This document shows positions 21,957-32,378 of a DNA stretch of 64,000 nt, in pieces (positions within the stretch are counted from its first letter, which is position 1; each line of letters begins with the position of its first letter). The notes under the pieces were generated by a model, which did not search any database, was not told the DNA's origin, and was given only the letters and a program-made list of their open reading frames with translations. Made by a program: the position numbers and the translations under genes. The stretch covers positions 119 to 64,118 of the forward strand of contig DATBLZ010000040.1 in the NCBI GenBank assembly GCA_036555065.1, given 5' to 3'. This DNA is from Gammaproteobacteria bacterium (lineage in GTDB: Bacteria; Pseudomonadota; Gammaproteobacteria; Steroidobacterales; Rariloculaceae).

Positions 21957-23038
21957 TGCTGCTCACCGAGTACCTGACCGACGTCTACTCGGGCTTCAAC
22001 GTATTCAGCTACCTCACGATGCGGGCGATTCTCGCGGCGCTCACGGCGCTCGTGCTCTCGTTCGCCGCGGGGCCCTACGTCATTCAGAAGCTCACGATCC
22101 GACGCGTCGGCCAGTCCGTGCGCGACGATGGGCCCAAGACCCATCTGCCCAAAGCCGGGACGCCGACGATGGGCGGCGCGCTGATCTTGCTCGCAATCAC
22201 GATCAGCACGGTCCTCTGGGGGGACCTCTACAACCGCTTCGTCTGGATCGTGCTCGGCGTCACACTCGTGTTCGGCGCGATCGGCTTCGTCGACGACTAC
22301 AAGAAGCTCGTGCTCCGCGACTCGAAGGGCCTGAGCCCGAGGGTCAAGCTCTTCTGGCAATCGATTGCGGGCGTCGCGGCCGCGATCGTGATGTACACGA
22401 CTGCGGACAATCCGCAAGTCGAGCACGCGCTCCTGATTCCGTATTTCAAGGATCTCTCGATCGCGCTCGGCGTGATCGCCTACGTCGTCATCACTTACCT
22501 CGTCATCGTCGGTTTCTCGAATGCCGTCAACCTGACCGACGGTCTCGACGGCCTCGCGATCATGCCTGCGGTCATGGTCGGGGGTGCGCTCGGCCTCATC
22601 TCATGGGCAGCGGGCAACGTCGTTTTCTCCACTTATCTCGACATCCCCTACGTCGCGGGAGCGGGCGAGATGCTGGTTTTCTGTGCGGCCCTGGCTGGCG
22701 CCGGCTTGGGCTTCTTGTGGTTCAACACCTATCCTGCACAAGTCTTCATGGGCGACATCGGCGCGCTTGCGCTCGGTGCCGCCTTGGGGCTCGTCGCGGT
22801 GGTGGCGCGGCAAGAACTGGTCCTACTCGTCATGGGCGGAGTATTCGTCGTCGAAACCGTCTCAGTCGTAATCCAGGTTGCCTCGTACAAGATGACAGGC
22901 CGGCGCGTTTTTCGTATGGCACCGCTGCACCATCACTTCGAGCTCAAGGGTTGGGCCGAGCCCAAAGTGATCGTTCGTTTTTGGATCATCACAGTTATCC
23001 TCGTGCTCGTCGGGCTCGCGAGCCTGAAGATCCGCTGA
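21950..23038 (+). CDS. mraY: Phospho-N-acetylmuramoyl-pentapeptide transferase MraY
   Basis: 362-aa polytopic ORF with Kx[20 protein letters not shown] and [10 protein letters not shown] motifs. Confidence 0.97.
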   Translation: MLMLLTEYLTDVYSGFNVFSYLTMRAILAALTALVLSFAAGPYVIQKLTIRRVGQSVRDDGPKTHLPKAGTPTMGGALILLAITISTVLWGDLYNRFVWIVLGVTLVFGAIGFVDDYKKLVLRDSKGLSPRVKLFWQSIAGVAAAIVMYTTADNPQVEHALLIPYFKDLSIALGVIAYVVITYLVIVGFSNAVNLTDGLDGLAIMPAVMVGGALGLISWAAGNVVFSTYLDIPYVAGAGEMLVFCAALAGAGLGFLWFNTYPAQVFMGDIGALALGAALGLVAVVARQELVLLVMGGVFVVETVSVVIQVASYKMTGRRVFRMAPLHHHFELKGWAEPKVIVRFWIITVILVLVGLASLKIR

Positions 23039-24426
23039 TGGCAGCTTGGCAACGGCATTGGGAGGAGAGCTCGGGAGAAGCGCATTCAGTGGCAGAGAAT
23101 AGTGCCCCGCGGACGCTGATCGTCGGGCTCGGCGCGACGGGCCTCGCCGTCGCGCGGCATTTGCTCGCGCGCGGCGTACAGGTGCGCATCATCGACAGTC
23201 GCGCCGCGCCTCCCGCCCTGCAGGAGCTGAGGCTAACCGCTCCGGAGGCCGACGTCGTTCTCGAAACCCTCGATCCACGGTGGCTCGAAGGCATCGCGCG
23301 CGTCGTGTTGTCGCCGGGGCTTACGAGCGACATCCCGCTCATTGCCGCCGCCCGCGCTCGCGGTATTCCCGTCGACAGTGAGATCGAGGTCTTTGCGCAA
23401 GCGGCTCAGGCACCGGTGATCGCCGTCACGGGATCGAACGGCAAGAGCACGGTCACGACGCTGACGGCCGAGATCTTGACTCAGCAAGGTTTCAAAGCGC
23501 CGCGCGGAGGCAACTTGGGACCGCCGGCGCTCGACCTCTTGGCGGCGGGCGACGTCGACGCCTATGTGCTCGAGATCTCGAGCTTTCAAATGGAGACGAC
23601 GCGGAGCTTGCGCCCGCTCTCAGCCGCCGTGCTCAACGTGACGCCGGACCACCTCGATCGACACGGGAGCCTCGAGCATTACGCGGCGCTCAAGGCTGCC
23701 GTAATCGCCGGAGCCGCGACCGCCGTCGTCAACTGGGACGATCCGTTGACTCGCGCGATGGGCAAGCAGCTCGCGCATGCCGTGCCGTTCTCGGTGCGCG
23801 AGCCGCTCGCCAAAGGCTACTCCGTCGTCATGCACGCCGGCGCGCGTTGGCTCGCGCGTGATCGCAACCCGCTGATCCGCTCGAGCGAGCTCGCGCTCAC
23901 GGGCCGGCTCGGCGAGGCCAACTCGCTCGCGGCGCTCGCGCTCAGCGCCGCTCTCGACGGCGCAAGGGAGCCAGCGCTTAAGGCGCTGCGCACCTTCGTA
24001 GGTCTGCCGCACCGCTGCCAGAAGGTCAGAGAGCTGAACGGCGTCGTTTACGTCAATGACTCGAAAGGCACGAACGTCGGCGCGACCGTCGCGGCACTCG
24101 AGGGCATCGCCGGTCCCGTCGTCTTGATCGCGGGAGGCTTGAGCAAAGGCGCGAGCTTCGGCGCGCTCGCGGCGCTCCCGCGCGCGCGGCTGCGCGCGGC
24201 CGTGCTCATCGGCGCGGCGGCTCGGGAGCTCGAGACGGCGCTTGCGAACGTCTGTCCGACGCTGCGTGCGGCGAGTCTGCCCGAGGCCGTTGCGCGTGCC
24301 GCCGCCGCGGCCGTTCCCGGCGACACCGTGCTTTTGTCGCCGGCGTGCGCGAGCCAGGACATGTTCAAGGACTATCGCGAGCGCGGCGACGTCTTTACAC
24401 GCGCGGTGCTGGAGATGAACCGATGA
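23038..24426 (+). CDS. murD: UDP-N-acetylmuramoylalanine--D-glutamate ligase MurD
   Basis: Start MAAWQRHW at 23038 (TGATG junction with mraY). Motifs GLGATGLA and VTGSNGKSTV. Confidence 0.95.
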   Translation: MAAWQRHWEESSGEAHSVAENSAPRTLIVGLGATGLAVARHLLARGVQVRIIDSRAAPPALQELRLTAPEADVVLETLDPRWLEGIARVVLSPGLTSDIPLIAAARARGIPVDSEIEVFAQAAQAPVIAVTGSNGKSTVTTLTAEILTQQGFKAPRGGNLGPPALDLLAAGDVDAYVLEISSFQMETTRSLRPLSAAVLNVTPDHLDRHGSLEHYAALKAAVIAGAATAVVNWDDPLTRAMGKQLAHAVPFSVREPLAKGYSVVMHAGARWLARDRNPLIRSSELALTGRLGEANSLAALALSAALDGAREPALKALRTFVGLPHRCQKVRELNGVVYVNDSKGTNVGATVAALEGIAGPVVLIAGGLSKGASFGALAALPRARLRAAVLIGAAARELETALANVCPTLRAASLPEAVARAAAAAVPGDTVLLSPACASQDMFKDYRERGDVFTRAVLEMNR

Positions 24427-25574
24427 GGTTCGCGCTCGCCGCTCCGGCCAAAATCGATCCGGCGCTTGCCGGGGCGACACTCGGGCTCGTCGCGCTCGGC
24501 GTCGTCATGGTCGGGTCCGCGTCGGTCGCGCTCGCGGACCGCACCGCCGGCGAGCCTCTCTACTACTTGCTGCGGCACGTCGCTGCGCTCGGCGCAGGCT
24601 CCGTCTGTCTCGTGCTCGCAATGCTGATCCCGACGGAGACTTGGCACCGCGCGAGCGGCGCGCTGCTCTTGCTCGGCATCGCGTTGCTCGTTTTGGTGCT
24701 GCTGCCGCAGTTCGGTGTGACCGTCAATGGCAGCAGCCGCTGGCTCGATTTCGGCGCGCTCGGCGTGCAGGCCTCCGAGCCCGCGCGGCTCTGCGTGCTC
24801 ATATATCTTGCAAGCTACGCGGTTCGGCATCAGGCGACGCTGACGACGAGCACCAAGAGTTTTCTGCGGCCGATGCTCATTGTCGCGGCGGTGTGTTTGT
24901 TGCTGCTCGCCGAGCCCGATTTCGGCGCGACGGTCGTCGTCGTCGCGACGAGCTTGGGCGTGCTCTTCGTCGCCGGCGCGCGGTTGCGCGATTTCGTCCT
25001 CGCCGCGGCCGTCGCCGGCGGCGCGCTCGGCGCGCTGGCGCTCTCGTCGGCGTATCGCCTCGAACGTCTCACGGCGTTTCTCGACCCTTGGGGCGACCCG
25101 TACGCGAGCGGGTTTCAGCTTACGAACTCGCTGATCGCGATCGGCCGCGGCGACTGGCTCGGCGTCGGTTTGGGCGCAAGCGTGCAGAAGCTGTTTTACC
25201 TGCCGGAGGCGCATACGGATTTCGTTTTTGCCGTCGTCGCGGAAGAGCTCGGGTTCGCGGGCTCGACGCTCGTAATCGGGCTTTTCGCCGTGCTCGTGTA
25301 TCGCGCGCTCCTGCTCGGGCAAAAGGCGCTCGCCGCCGGCCGACAGTTCCAAGGTCTGCTCTGCTACGGGATAGGGTTGATGCTCGGGCTCGAGGCATTC
25401 ATCAATATCGGCGTCAACACGGGGTTGCTGCCGACGAAAGGCTTGACGTTGCCGCTGATCAGCTACGGGCGCTCGAGCGCCGTCGTCACGCTCGCCGCGC
25501 TCGGGCTCTTGCTCCGCGTCGCGTGGGAGCTCGCGATCGAGCAGCAACGGCCGAAACGCCGGAGTCGGGCATGA
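24423..25574 (+). CDS. ftsW: Peptidoglycan glycosyltransferase FtsW (SEDS family)
   Basis: Start MRFALAAPAKID at 24423 (ATGA overlap with murD). SEDS-type polytopic sequence with EAHTDFVFAV and GLLPTKGLTLPLISYG. Confidence 0.95.
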   Translation: MRFALAAPAKIDPALAGATLGLVALGVVMVGSASVALADRTAGEPLYYLLRHVAALGAGSVCLVLAMLIPTETWHRASGALLLLGIALLVLVLLPQFGVTVNGSSRWLDFGALGVQASEPARLCVLIYLASYAVRHQATLTTSTKSFLRPMLIVAAVCLLLLAEPDFGATVVVVATSLGVLFVAGARLRDFVLAAAVAGGALGALALSSAYRLERLTAFLDPWGDPYASGFQLTNSLIAIGRGDWLGVGLGASVQKLFYLPEAHTDFVFAVVAEELGFAGSTLVIGLFAVLVYRALLLGQKALAAGRQFQGLLCYGIGLMLGLEAFINIGVNTGLLPTKGLTLPLISYGRSSAVVTLAALGLLLRVAWELAIEQQRPKRRSRA

Positions 25575-26659
25575 AGGGCGCGCCCATTTTGATCGTGGCC
25601 GGCGGCACGGGCGGACATGTGTTCCCGGGGCTCGCCGTTGCCGAAGCGCTGCGGGCGCGCGCGCGCGCGGTCGTTTGGCTCGGCACACGCCGCGGGCTCG
25701 AGGCGCGTGTCGTGCCGGCGCACGGCATCGACATCGAATGGATCTCGATCGCGGGTGTGCGGCGCCGCGGACTCTTAGCCTGGCTCATCGCGCCGTTCAA
25801 AACGGCGGCTGCCGTCGTGCAGGTGCTCGCGGCGCTCCGCCGTCGGCAGCCCGCAGCCGTGCTCGGCATGGGGGGCTTCGTATCCGGTCCCGGCGGCATC
25901 GCCGCGTGGCTCACGCGCCGCCCGTTGTTGATCCATGAGCAAAACGCCGTCGTCGGCACGACGAACCGCTGGCTCGCGTGCCTCGCCGACCGTATCTTCG
26001 AAGGATTCCCGGGCGCTTTCCCGGCGGCGCGCGCACCGCGCTGCATCGGCAATCCGGTGCGCCGCGCGATCGTTGCCGTGCCGCCGCCGCGGGAACGCGC
26101 GCGCGCACGCAACGAAGCGCGCGCGCGCGTGCTCGTGCTCGGCGGCAGCCAAGGCGCGCGCGCCTTGAACGAGACCGTGCCGGCCGCGATCGCGCGCTTG
26201 CCGTCGGCACTGCGCCCGCAGATCCACCATCAGGCGGGTAATACTCTCGACGCGGCATCGAAGGCCTACGCCGCAGCGGGCGTCGCAGCCGATGTCGTGC
26301 CGTTCATCGAGGACATGGCCGCGGCATACGCCGCCGCCGACCTCGTGATCGCACGCGCGGGCGCGCTCACGATCGCGGAGCTTGCCGCAGTCGGCGTCGC
26401 GGCGATTCTCGTGCCGTATCCGTATGCCGTCGACGATCATCAGACACGCAATGCCGCGTATTGCGTGAAGCAGGGATCGGCCGTCGCGATCGCCGAAAGC
26501 GAGCTCAGCCCCGAGCGCCTTGCGCGGGAGCTTCAGTCGTTGCTTGCCGAGCGTGCGCGGTTGCTCGAGATGAGCGAGCGCGCTCGCGAGATGGCGCGGC
26601 CGCAGGCGGCCGAGGAGCTCGCTACGGCGTGCATCGAGCTCGCGGAGCAGTACGCATGA
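25571..26659 (+). CDS. murG: UDP-N-acetylglucosamine--N-acetylmuramyl-(pentapeptide) pyrophosphoryl-undecaprenol GlcNAc transferase MurG
   Basis: Start [27 protein letters not shown] at 25571 (ATGA overlap with ftsW). Confidence 0.95.
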   Translation: MKGAPILIVAGGTGGHVFPGLAVAEALRARARAVVWLGTRRGLEARVVPAHGIDIEWISIAGVRRRGLLAWLIAPFKTAAAVVQVLAALRRRQPAAVLGMGGFVSGPGGIAAWLTRRPLLIHEQNAVVGTTNRWLACLADRIFEGFPGAFPAARAPRCIGNPVRRAIVAVPPPRERARARNEARARVLVLGGSQGARALNETVPAAIARLPSALRPQIHHQAGNTLDAASKAYAAAGVAADVVPFIEDMAAAYAAADLVIARAGALTIAELAAVGVAAILVPYPYAVDDHQTRNAAYCVKQGSAVAIAESELSPERLARELQSLLAERARLLEMSERAREMARPQAAEELATACIELAEQYA

Positions 26660-28080
26660 GAAAGCTCATGGGCCCGATCCGTTGTGTGCACTTCGTCGGC
26701 ATCGGCGGAGTGGGCATGGCCGGAATCGCGGAGGTGCTCATCAATCTCGGCTACCGCGTGCAAGGGTCGGATCTCAAGCTCGGCGCAACGACGGCGCGCC
26801 TGACATCGCTCGGCGCCGTCGTCCACGAGGGGCACGCCGTCGAGCACTTGGGCGACGCCGACGTCGTCGTCGTCTCGAGCGCCGTCGCCAAGGACAATCC
26901 GGAGATTGTGGGTGCGCAACAACGGCGCATCCCCGTCGTTGCGCGCGCGCAGATGCTCGGCGAGCTCATGCGCTTCCGTTACGGTATTGCGGTGGCGGGC
27001 ACCCATGGCAAGACGACGACGACGAGCCTCGTTGCGAGCGTCCTTGCCGAAGGGGGCCTCGATCCCACGTTCGTGATCGGCGGCCGCCTCGCGAGCGCCG
27101 GCGCGAATGCGAAGCTCGGCGCCGGCGAGTACCTCGTTGCCGAGGCCGACGAGAGCGACGCGTCCTTCTTGCACTTGCAGCCCATGATCGCCGTCGTGAC
27201 GAATATTGACGCCGATCATCTCGGCACCTACGGCGGCGACATGGGCCGGCTCAAGCAGGCGTTTCTCGAGTTCTTGCACAATCTCCCGTTCTACGGCCTC
27301 GCGGTGCTCTGCAGCGACGACGCGAACACGCGCGAGCTGATCCCCGACGTCGGCCGGCGCGTCGTCAGTTACGGGTTCGGCGACCGCGCCGACGTGCGCG
27401 TCGTCGCCGTCGAGCGGCATGGTTTGCAGACGGAGTTCACGGTCGCCGTGCGCGGCGAGCGCGACGAGCAGAGGTTTAGGCTCAATCTGCCCGGCGCGCA
27501 CAACGTGACGAATGCGCTCGCGGCAATCGCCGTCGCCAACGAGCTCGGCATCCCCGCCGACGCGGTTCGTGCGGCGTTCGAGAAGTTCGGCGGCATCGAC
27601 CGGCGTTTACAGCGGCTCGGCAGCGTGCGCACGGCCGCGGGCCAAGTGACCTTCGTCGACGACTACGGCCACCATCCGACCGAAATCGCGGCGACGCTCG
27701 CCGCAACCCGCGACGCCTGGCCTGGGCGGCGCATCGTCGTCGTCTTTCAGCCGCATCGCTACACGCGCACCCGCGACCTGCTCGATGATTTCGCGCGCGT
27801 GCTCGCGGGTGTGGAGGCGCTCGTTCTCACCGAGGTTTACTCGGCGGGCGAGGAGGCGATTACGGGCGCGGACGGCAAGGCGCTCGCGCGCGCTGTGCGC
27901 GCGCGCGGCGCCGTGGAGCCCGTGTTCATCGACGACTTGAGCGAGCTCCCGGCTGTGCTCGGCAACATCATTCGCGCCGACGACGTCGTTCTTACGCTCG
28001 GCGCGGGCAGCATCGGCGGAATCGCCCCCTCGCTGCCGAAGGCGCTGACCCTGCGCGCGCCGGTCGGAGTCAAGTCGTGA
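26656..28080 (+). CDS. murC: UDP-N-acetylmuramate--L-alanine ligase MurC
   Basis: Start [28 protein letters not shown] at 26656 (ATGA overlap with murG). P-loop [11 protein letters not shown]. Confidence 0.95.
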   Translation: MRKLMGPIRCVHFVGIGGVGMAGIAEVLINLGYRVQGSDLKLGATTARLTSLGAVVHEGHAVEHLGDADVVVVSSAVAKDNPEIVGAQQRRIPVVARAQMLGELMRFRYGIAVAGTHGKTTTTSLVASVLAEGGLDPTFVIGGRLASAGANAKLGAGEYLVAEADESDASFLHLQPMIAVVTNIDADHLGTYGGDMGRLKQAFLEFLHNLPFYGLAVLCSDDANTRELIPDVGRRVVSYGFGDRADVRVVAVERHGLQTEFTVAVRGERDEQRFRLNLPGAHNVTNALAAIAVANELGIPADAVRAAFEKFGGIDRRLQRLGSVRTAAGQVTFVDDYGHHPTEIAATLAATRDAWPGRRIVVVFQPHRYTRTRDLLDDFARVLAGVEALVLTEVYSAGEEAITGADGKALARAVRARGAVEPVFIDDLSELPAVLGNIIRADDVVLTLGAGSIGGIAPSLPKALTLRAPVGVKS

Positions 28081-29081
28081 GCGCGGCGATGAGCGAAAAG
28101 CCGCCCGTGCCGCACGTGCTCATCAATGAGTCGTTGCGACGCTACACGTCATGGCGCGTCGGCGGGCCCGCGGATTTGCTCTGTCGCCCCGCAAGCCTCG
28201 AGGAGCTGCAAGCATTCTTGGCGTCCGTGCCCGCCGAGATGCCCGTGACGTGGCTCGGCTTGGGCTCGAACGTGCTCGTTCGCGACGGCGGTATCCGCGG
28301 CGCAGTCGTCTGCACGAGCGGTCTGCCACGCGTGATCGAGCGCCTCGACGCGGGCATGGATGCCCGCGGTAGAGCAACGCAGGGAGCAGTTGCCGACGCG
28401 GGCACGGATGCCCGCGGTAGAGCAACGCAGGGAGCAGTTGCCGACGCGGGCCGCGTGCGTGCCGGTGCCGGCGTGCCGTGCGCGACGCTCGCGCGACGCT
28501 GCGTGCGCTGGAAGCTCGGGCCCGCGGCATTCTTCGCGGGGATCCCGGGCTCGCTCGGCGGCGCTCTCGCAATGAACGCAGGCGCATACGGCGCGGAAAC
28601 TTGGGAGCGCGTCGAGAGCGTCACGACGATCGATCGCAGCGGCGTTTTGCGTGAGCGCCGGCGCGCAGAGTTCGACATCGGCTATCGCCACGTCGCGGGC
28701 GCGCCCGGCGAGTGGTTCGTCGGCGCCGTGCTCGCTTTCGAGGCGAATCGTGTTGGCGAGGCGCTCGTAATGAAGGAGCTGCTCGCGGCGCGCAGCGCCG
28801 CCCAGCCGCTCGGCCGGCCAAATGCGGGATCGGTGTTCAGGAACCCCGCAGGCGATTACGCGGGACGGCTCATCGAGGCCGCGGGCCTCAAAGGGCAGCG
28901 CCGGGGCGGAGCGGTCGTATCGGCGAAGCACGCGAATTTCATCATCAATGAGGGAGGGGCCACCGCCGCCGACGTCGAAGGACTCATCGAGACCGTGCGC
29001 GCCGCCGTCAAAGAGCAGACGGGTGTTCTGCTCGAGCTCGAGGTGCGCGTCCTCGGCGAGCGCGGCGGAGCGCAATCGTGA
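28077..29081 (+). CDS. murB: UDP-N-acetylenolpyruvoylglucosamine reductase MurB (carries a 2 x 16-aa in-frame repeat)
   Basis: 334-aa ORF (GTG start, GTGA overlap with murC). Motifs [23 protein letters not shown] and [10 protein letters not shown]. Confidence 0.92.
   Translation: MSAAMSEKPPVPHVLINESLRRYTSWRVGGPADLLCRPASLEELQAFLASVPAEMPVTWLGLGSNVLVRDGGIRGAVVCTSGLPRVIERLDAGMDARGRATQGAVADAGTDARGRATQGAVADAGRVRAGAGVPCATLARRCVRWKLGPAAFFAGIPGSLGGALAMNAGAYGAETWERVESVTTIDRSGVLRERRRAEFDIGYRHVAGAPGEWFVGAVLAFEANRVGEALVMKELLAARSAAQPLGRPNAGSVFRNPAGDYAGRLIEAAGLKGQRRGGAVVSAKHANFIINEGGATAADVEGLIETVRAAVKEQTGVLLELEVRVLGERGGAQS
28352..28447 (+). repeat. Perfectly phased 2 x 48 bp direct tandem repeat inside murB (one mismatch)
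   Basis: Unit 1 at 28352-28399 is GGGCATGGATGCCCGCGGTAGAGCAACGCAGGGAGCAGTTGCCGACGC. Unit 2 at 28400-28447 is identical except T to C at its 6th base. Each unit contains the inverted pair TGCCCGCG ... CGCGGGCA. Confidence 0.97.
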
Positions 29082-29878
29082 TGCGCGCGCGCGTCAATCG
29101 CCGCAAGACGCCGCGACGCTCGTGGCGCCTGCCGCGCGTGCGCATCAACAAGTGGGCAGTACTCGCGCCGCTGGCCGTGCTCGGCGGCGCCGCGGCGCTC
29201 GCCCCAGTCGCGCACGAGCTGCTCGATCGCCCCGTCGGCGCGCTCGTGGTCGAAGGCACGTTCCAGCGCGTCACCGCGATCGAGGTGCAAGAGGCGGCCG
29301 CGGACGCGCTCAGCGGCGGCTTCCTGTCGCTCGATTTGGCGCGCTTACGCGCGAGCATTGCCGCACTCGACTGGGTGGACTCCGTGCGCGTCGCGCGCGC
29401 CTGGCCGGACGTCGTGAGCGTGAGCATTACCGAGCATCAGGCAGCCGCGCGGTGGGGAGAGACCGGCCTCCTCAACGTACGCGGCGAGCTCTTCACCGAG
29501 AACGCGCGCCATGCGTATGCGGAGCTGCCGAAGCTTTCGGGGCCGCCCGGCAGCGAGGCCGAAGTCGCGCGTCTTTATCTCGCCGTGCGCGGCCGCCTTG
29601 CGGACGCGCACCTCGCGCTCGCCGCGTTGCGCATCGACGCGCGCCGGGCCGTCGAGATCGAGCTCGGCACCGGTCAGGTGATCAAGCTCGGGAGCCGCGA
29701 CCTCGACTCGCGCCTCGAGCGCTTTTTCACGGTTGCGGCGCCGACGCTCGCTGCCGACCTCGAACGCGTCGCCTACATCGACTTGCGGTACACGAACGGA
29801 TTTGCAGTCGGCTGGCAAAGCGCAGCGCCCGCGGACGCGACGCTCGCGCGCATGACGGGGGTCGACACTCGTGGCTAG
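29078..29878 (+). CDS. ftsQ: Cell division protein FtsQ
   Basis: 266-aa bitopic ORF with a basic N-terminus, a TM segment (WAVLAPLAVLGGAAALAPVA) and a POTRA-like region (VRVARAWPDVVSVSITEHQAAARW). Located upstream of ftsA. Confidence 0.88.
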   Translation: MMRARVNRRKTPRRSWRLPRVRINKWAVLAPLAVLGGAAALAPVAHELLDRPVGALVVEGTFQRVTAIEVQEAAADALSGGFLSLDLARLRASIAALDWVDSVRVARAWPDVVSVSITEHQAAARWGETGLLNVRGELFTENARHAYAELPKLSGPPGSEAEVARLYLAVRGRLADAHLALAALRIDARRAVEIELGTGQVIKLGSRDLDSRLERFFTVAAPTLAADLERVAYIDLRYTNGFAVGWQSAAPADATLARMTGVDTRG

Positions 29879-31106
29879 ACGCGACGACCGCAACCTCATC
29901 GTCGGCCTCGACGTTGGCACGTCGAAAGTCGTCGCGATCGTCGCGGAGGTCGCCCCCGACGATCGCCTCGAGGTCATCGGCTTGGGCTCGAGCGCGTCGC
30001 GCGGCTTGAAGCGCGGCGTCGTCGTCAATATCGAATCTACGGTGCAGTCGATCCAGCGCGCCGTCGAGGAGGCGGAGCTCATGGCCGGCTGCGAGATCAA
30101 CTCCGTGTACACCGGCATCGCCGGCAGCCACGTGCGCAGCCTCAACTCGCACGGGATCGTCGCGATCCGCGATCGCGAGGTCAGCCAAAGCGATGTCGAG
30201 CGCGTGATCGACGCGGCCCGCGCGGTTGCGATTCCCGCCGATCAGCGCGTCCTGCACGTGCTGCCGCAGGAGTTCATCATCGATTCCCAAGAGGGGATTC
30301 CCGAGCCGATAGGCATGTCGGGCGTACGGCTCGAGGCGAAGGTGCATCTCGTCACGGGCGCCGTCAGCGCCGCGCAGAATATCGTCAAGTGCGTGCAGCG
30401 CTGCGGCTTGAGCGTCGAAGACATCGTGCTCGAGCAGCTGGCCTCGAGCTACGCAGTGCTCAACGAGGACGAGAAAGAGCTCGGTGTGTGCCTCGTCGAT
30501 ATGGGCGGCGGCACGACCGATATCGCGGTTTTCTGCGGCGGCGCAATCCAGCACACGTCGGTCATTCCGATCGCCGGCGCGCAGGTCACGAACGACATCG
30601 CCGTGTCGTTGCGCACGCCCGCGCAGTACGCCGAGGAGCTCAAGATCAAGTACGCGTGCGCGCTGTCGCAACTCGCCAATCCCGACGAGACCATCGAGGT
30701 TCCGAGCGTCGGCGACCGTCCGCCGCGGCGGCTGGCCCGCCAAACGCTCGCCGAGGTCGTCGAGCCGCGCTACGAGGAGCTGTTTCACCTCGTGCGCAAG
30801 GAGCTGCGCCGGTCGGGTTTCGAGGAGCTCATTGCCGCCGGAGTCGTGCTGACCGGCGGGAGCGCGAAGATGGAGGGAGTGATCGATCTTGCCGAAGAAG
30901 TGTTTCACATGCCCGTGCGCCTCGGCGTTCCGCAATACGTCGATGGCCTCGTCGATGTCGTCCGCAATCCGATTCACGCGACGGGCGTGGGTCTCTTGCT
31001 CTATGGCAAAGAGGCGCTCGAGACCAAAGCGCAAGCTCAGCACGCGCGGCTCGGCTTGGGCGGCATGCTGCAGAAGATGAGGTCCTGGTTTCAGGTGAAT
31101 TTTTGA
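29871..31106 (+). CDS. ftsA: Cell division protein FtsA
   Basis: 411-aa actin-fold ORF with LIVGLDVGTSKVVAIV and DMGGGTTDIAVF, plus a C-terminal amphipathic tail. Confidence 0.96.
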   Translation: MARRDDRNLIVGLDVGTSKVVAIVAEVAPDDRLEVIGLGSSASRGLKRGVVVNIESTVQSIQRAVEEAELMAGCEINSVYTGIAGSHVRSLNSHGIVAIRDREVSQSDVERVIDAARAVAIPADQRVLHVLPQEFIIDSQEGIPEPIGMSGVRLEAKVHLVTGAVSAAQNIVKCVQRCGLSVEDIVLEQLASSYAVLNEDEKELGVCLVDMGGGTTDIAVFCGGAIQHTSVIPIAGAQVTNDIAVSLRTPAQYAEELKIKYACALSQLANPDETIEVPSVGDRPPRRLARQTLAEVVEPRYEELFHLVRKELRRSGFEELIAAGVVLTGGSAKMEGVIDLAEEVFHMPVRLGVPQYVDGLVDVVRNPIHATGVGLLLYGKEALETKAQAQHARLGLGGMLQKMRSWFQVNF

Positions 31107-31142
31107 TTCTTCCAATTTGCTCACTTTGAAAGGAGTCTAGAC

Positions 31143-32294
31143 ATGTTCGAACTGATGGACGGCTATAGCCAAACCGCGATTATCAAGGTAATCGGCGTCG
31201 GGGGCGGTGGCGGTAACGCCGTGGCGCACATGGTTCGCCAGGGAATCGAGGGCGTCGATTTCATCTGCGCTAATACGGATTCGCAGGCGCTCAAGAGCAT
31301 CAAAGTCAAAACGGGTCTGCAGATCGGCTGCAACATCACCAAAGGCTTGGGCGCCGGGGCGAACCCCGATGTCGGCAGACAAGCCGCGATGGAGGATCGC
31401 GATCGCATTCAAGAAGTGATCGAAGGCGCCGACATGCTGTTTATCACCGCGGGCTTGGGCGGCGGAACCGGCACGGGTGCTGCGCCCGTGATCGCCCAGC
31501 TCGCGAAGGAGGCCGGGATCCTCACGGTCGCCGTCGTGACTCGGCCGTTCTTGATGGAAGGCAGCAAACGCATGCGCGTTGCCGACCAAGGCATCGCCGA
31601 GCTCGGCAAGTACGTCGACTCTTTGATCACTATTCCGAACGAGAAGCTCCTCACGGTGCTCGGGCCGACGACGACTCTGCTCGATGCGTTTCGTGCCGCG
31701 AACGAGGTGCTGCAAGGAGCCGTCCAGGGAATCGCCGAGCTCATCACTCGGCCGGGGCTCATCAACGTCGATTTCGCCGACGTGCGCACGGTCATGTCGG
31801 AGATGGGCATGGCGATGATGGGCACGGGCATCGCGACGGGCGAAGGTCGCGCGCGCATCGCGGCCGAAGCCGCGATCTCGAGCCCGCTGCTCGAGGACAT
31901 CAACGTCGCGGGCGCCAACGGCATTCTCGTCAACGTCACGGCCGGCCCGGATCTCGCGATCGGCGAGTTCCAGGAAGTCGGCGACACCGTCAAGCAATTT
32001 GCGTCCGAGGATGCGACCGTGGTCATCGGGACCGTCATCGATCCCGAGATGGACAAGGACATCCGCGTGACCGTCGTCGCGACGGGCTTGGGGCAGGCGG
32101 CGGCCGTCGAGCAGGAACCGATCAAAGTGGTTCGCAAGACCATGCGGCCGCGCGAGACGAACTACCGCGACTTCGACACGCCGGCCGTGCAGCGTAAACA
32201 GGCGGCGGTCGAGGAGACTGCGGCGGCTCCCGATGAGGACGCTCTCCAGGAGCTGCTCGATGTCCCGGCGTTTCTGCGGCGGCAGGCGAACTGA
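31143..32294 (+). CDS. ftsZ: Cell division GTPase FtsZ
   Basis: 383-aa ORF with the tubulin signature GGGTGTGAAPVIA and the C-terminal DVPAFLRRQA peptide. Confidence 0.98.
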   Translation: MFELMDGYSQTAIIKVIGVGGGGGNAVAHMVRQGIEGVDFICANTDSQALKSIKVKTGLQIGCNITKGLGAGANPDVGRQAAMEDRDRIQEVIEGADMLFITAGLGGGTGTGAAPVIAQLAKEAGILTVAVVTRPFLMEGSKRMRVADQGIAELGKYVDSLITIPNEKLLTVLGPTTTLLDAFRAANEVLQGAVQGIAELITRPGLINVDFADVRTVMSEMGMAMMGTGIATGEGRARIAAEAAISSPLLEDINVAGANGILVNVTAGPDLAIGEFQEVGDTVKQFASEDATVVIGTVIDPEMDKDIRVTVVATGLGQAAAVEQEPIKVVRKTMRPRETNYRDFDTPAVQRKQAAVEETAAAPDEDALQELLDVPAFLRRQAN

Positions 32295-32378
32295 TCGAGC
32301 AGGAGCTCGGGCAGTTCCTTGCGGCCCGCGCGGCCGCTATGCTAGGGTTCGCGCCTTTCCGCCGGGGACCTGACTGTC

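Noticed and set aside
32321-32337. GCGGCC-CGCGC-GGCCGC hairpin just after ftsZ
   Set aside because: It is a short GC stem without a following T-tract. lpxC starts about 40 nt later and is probably co-transcribed. It is not called as a terminator.
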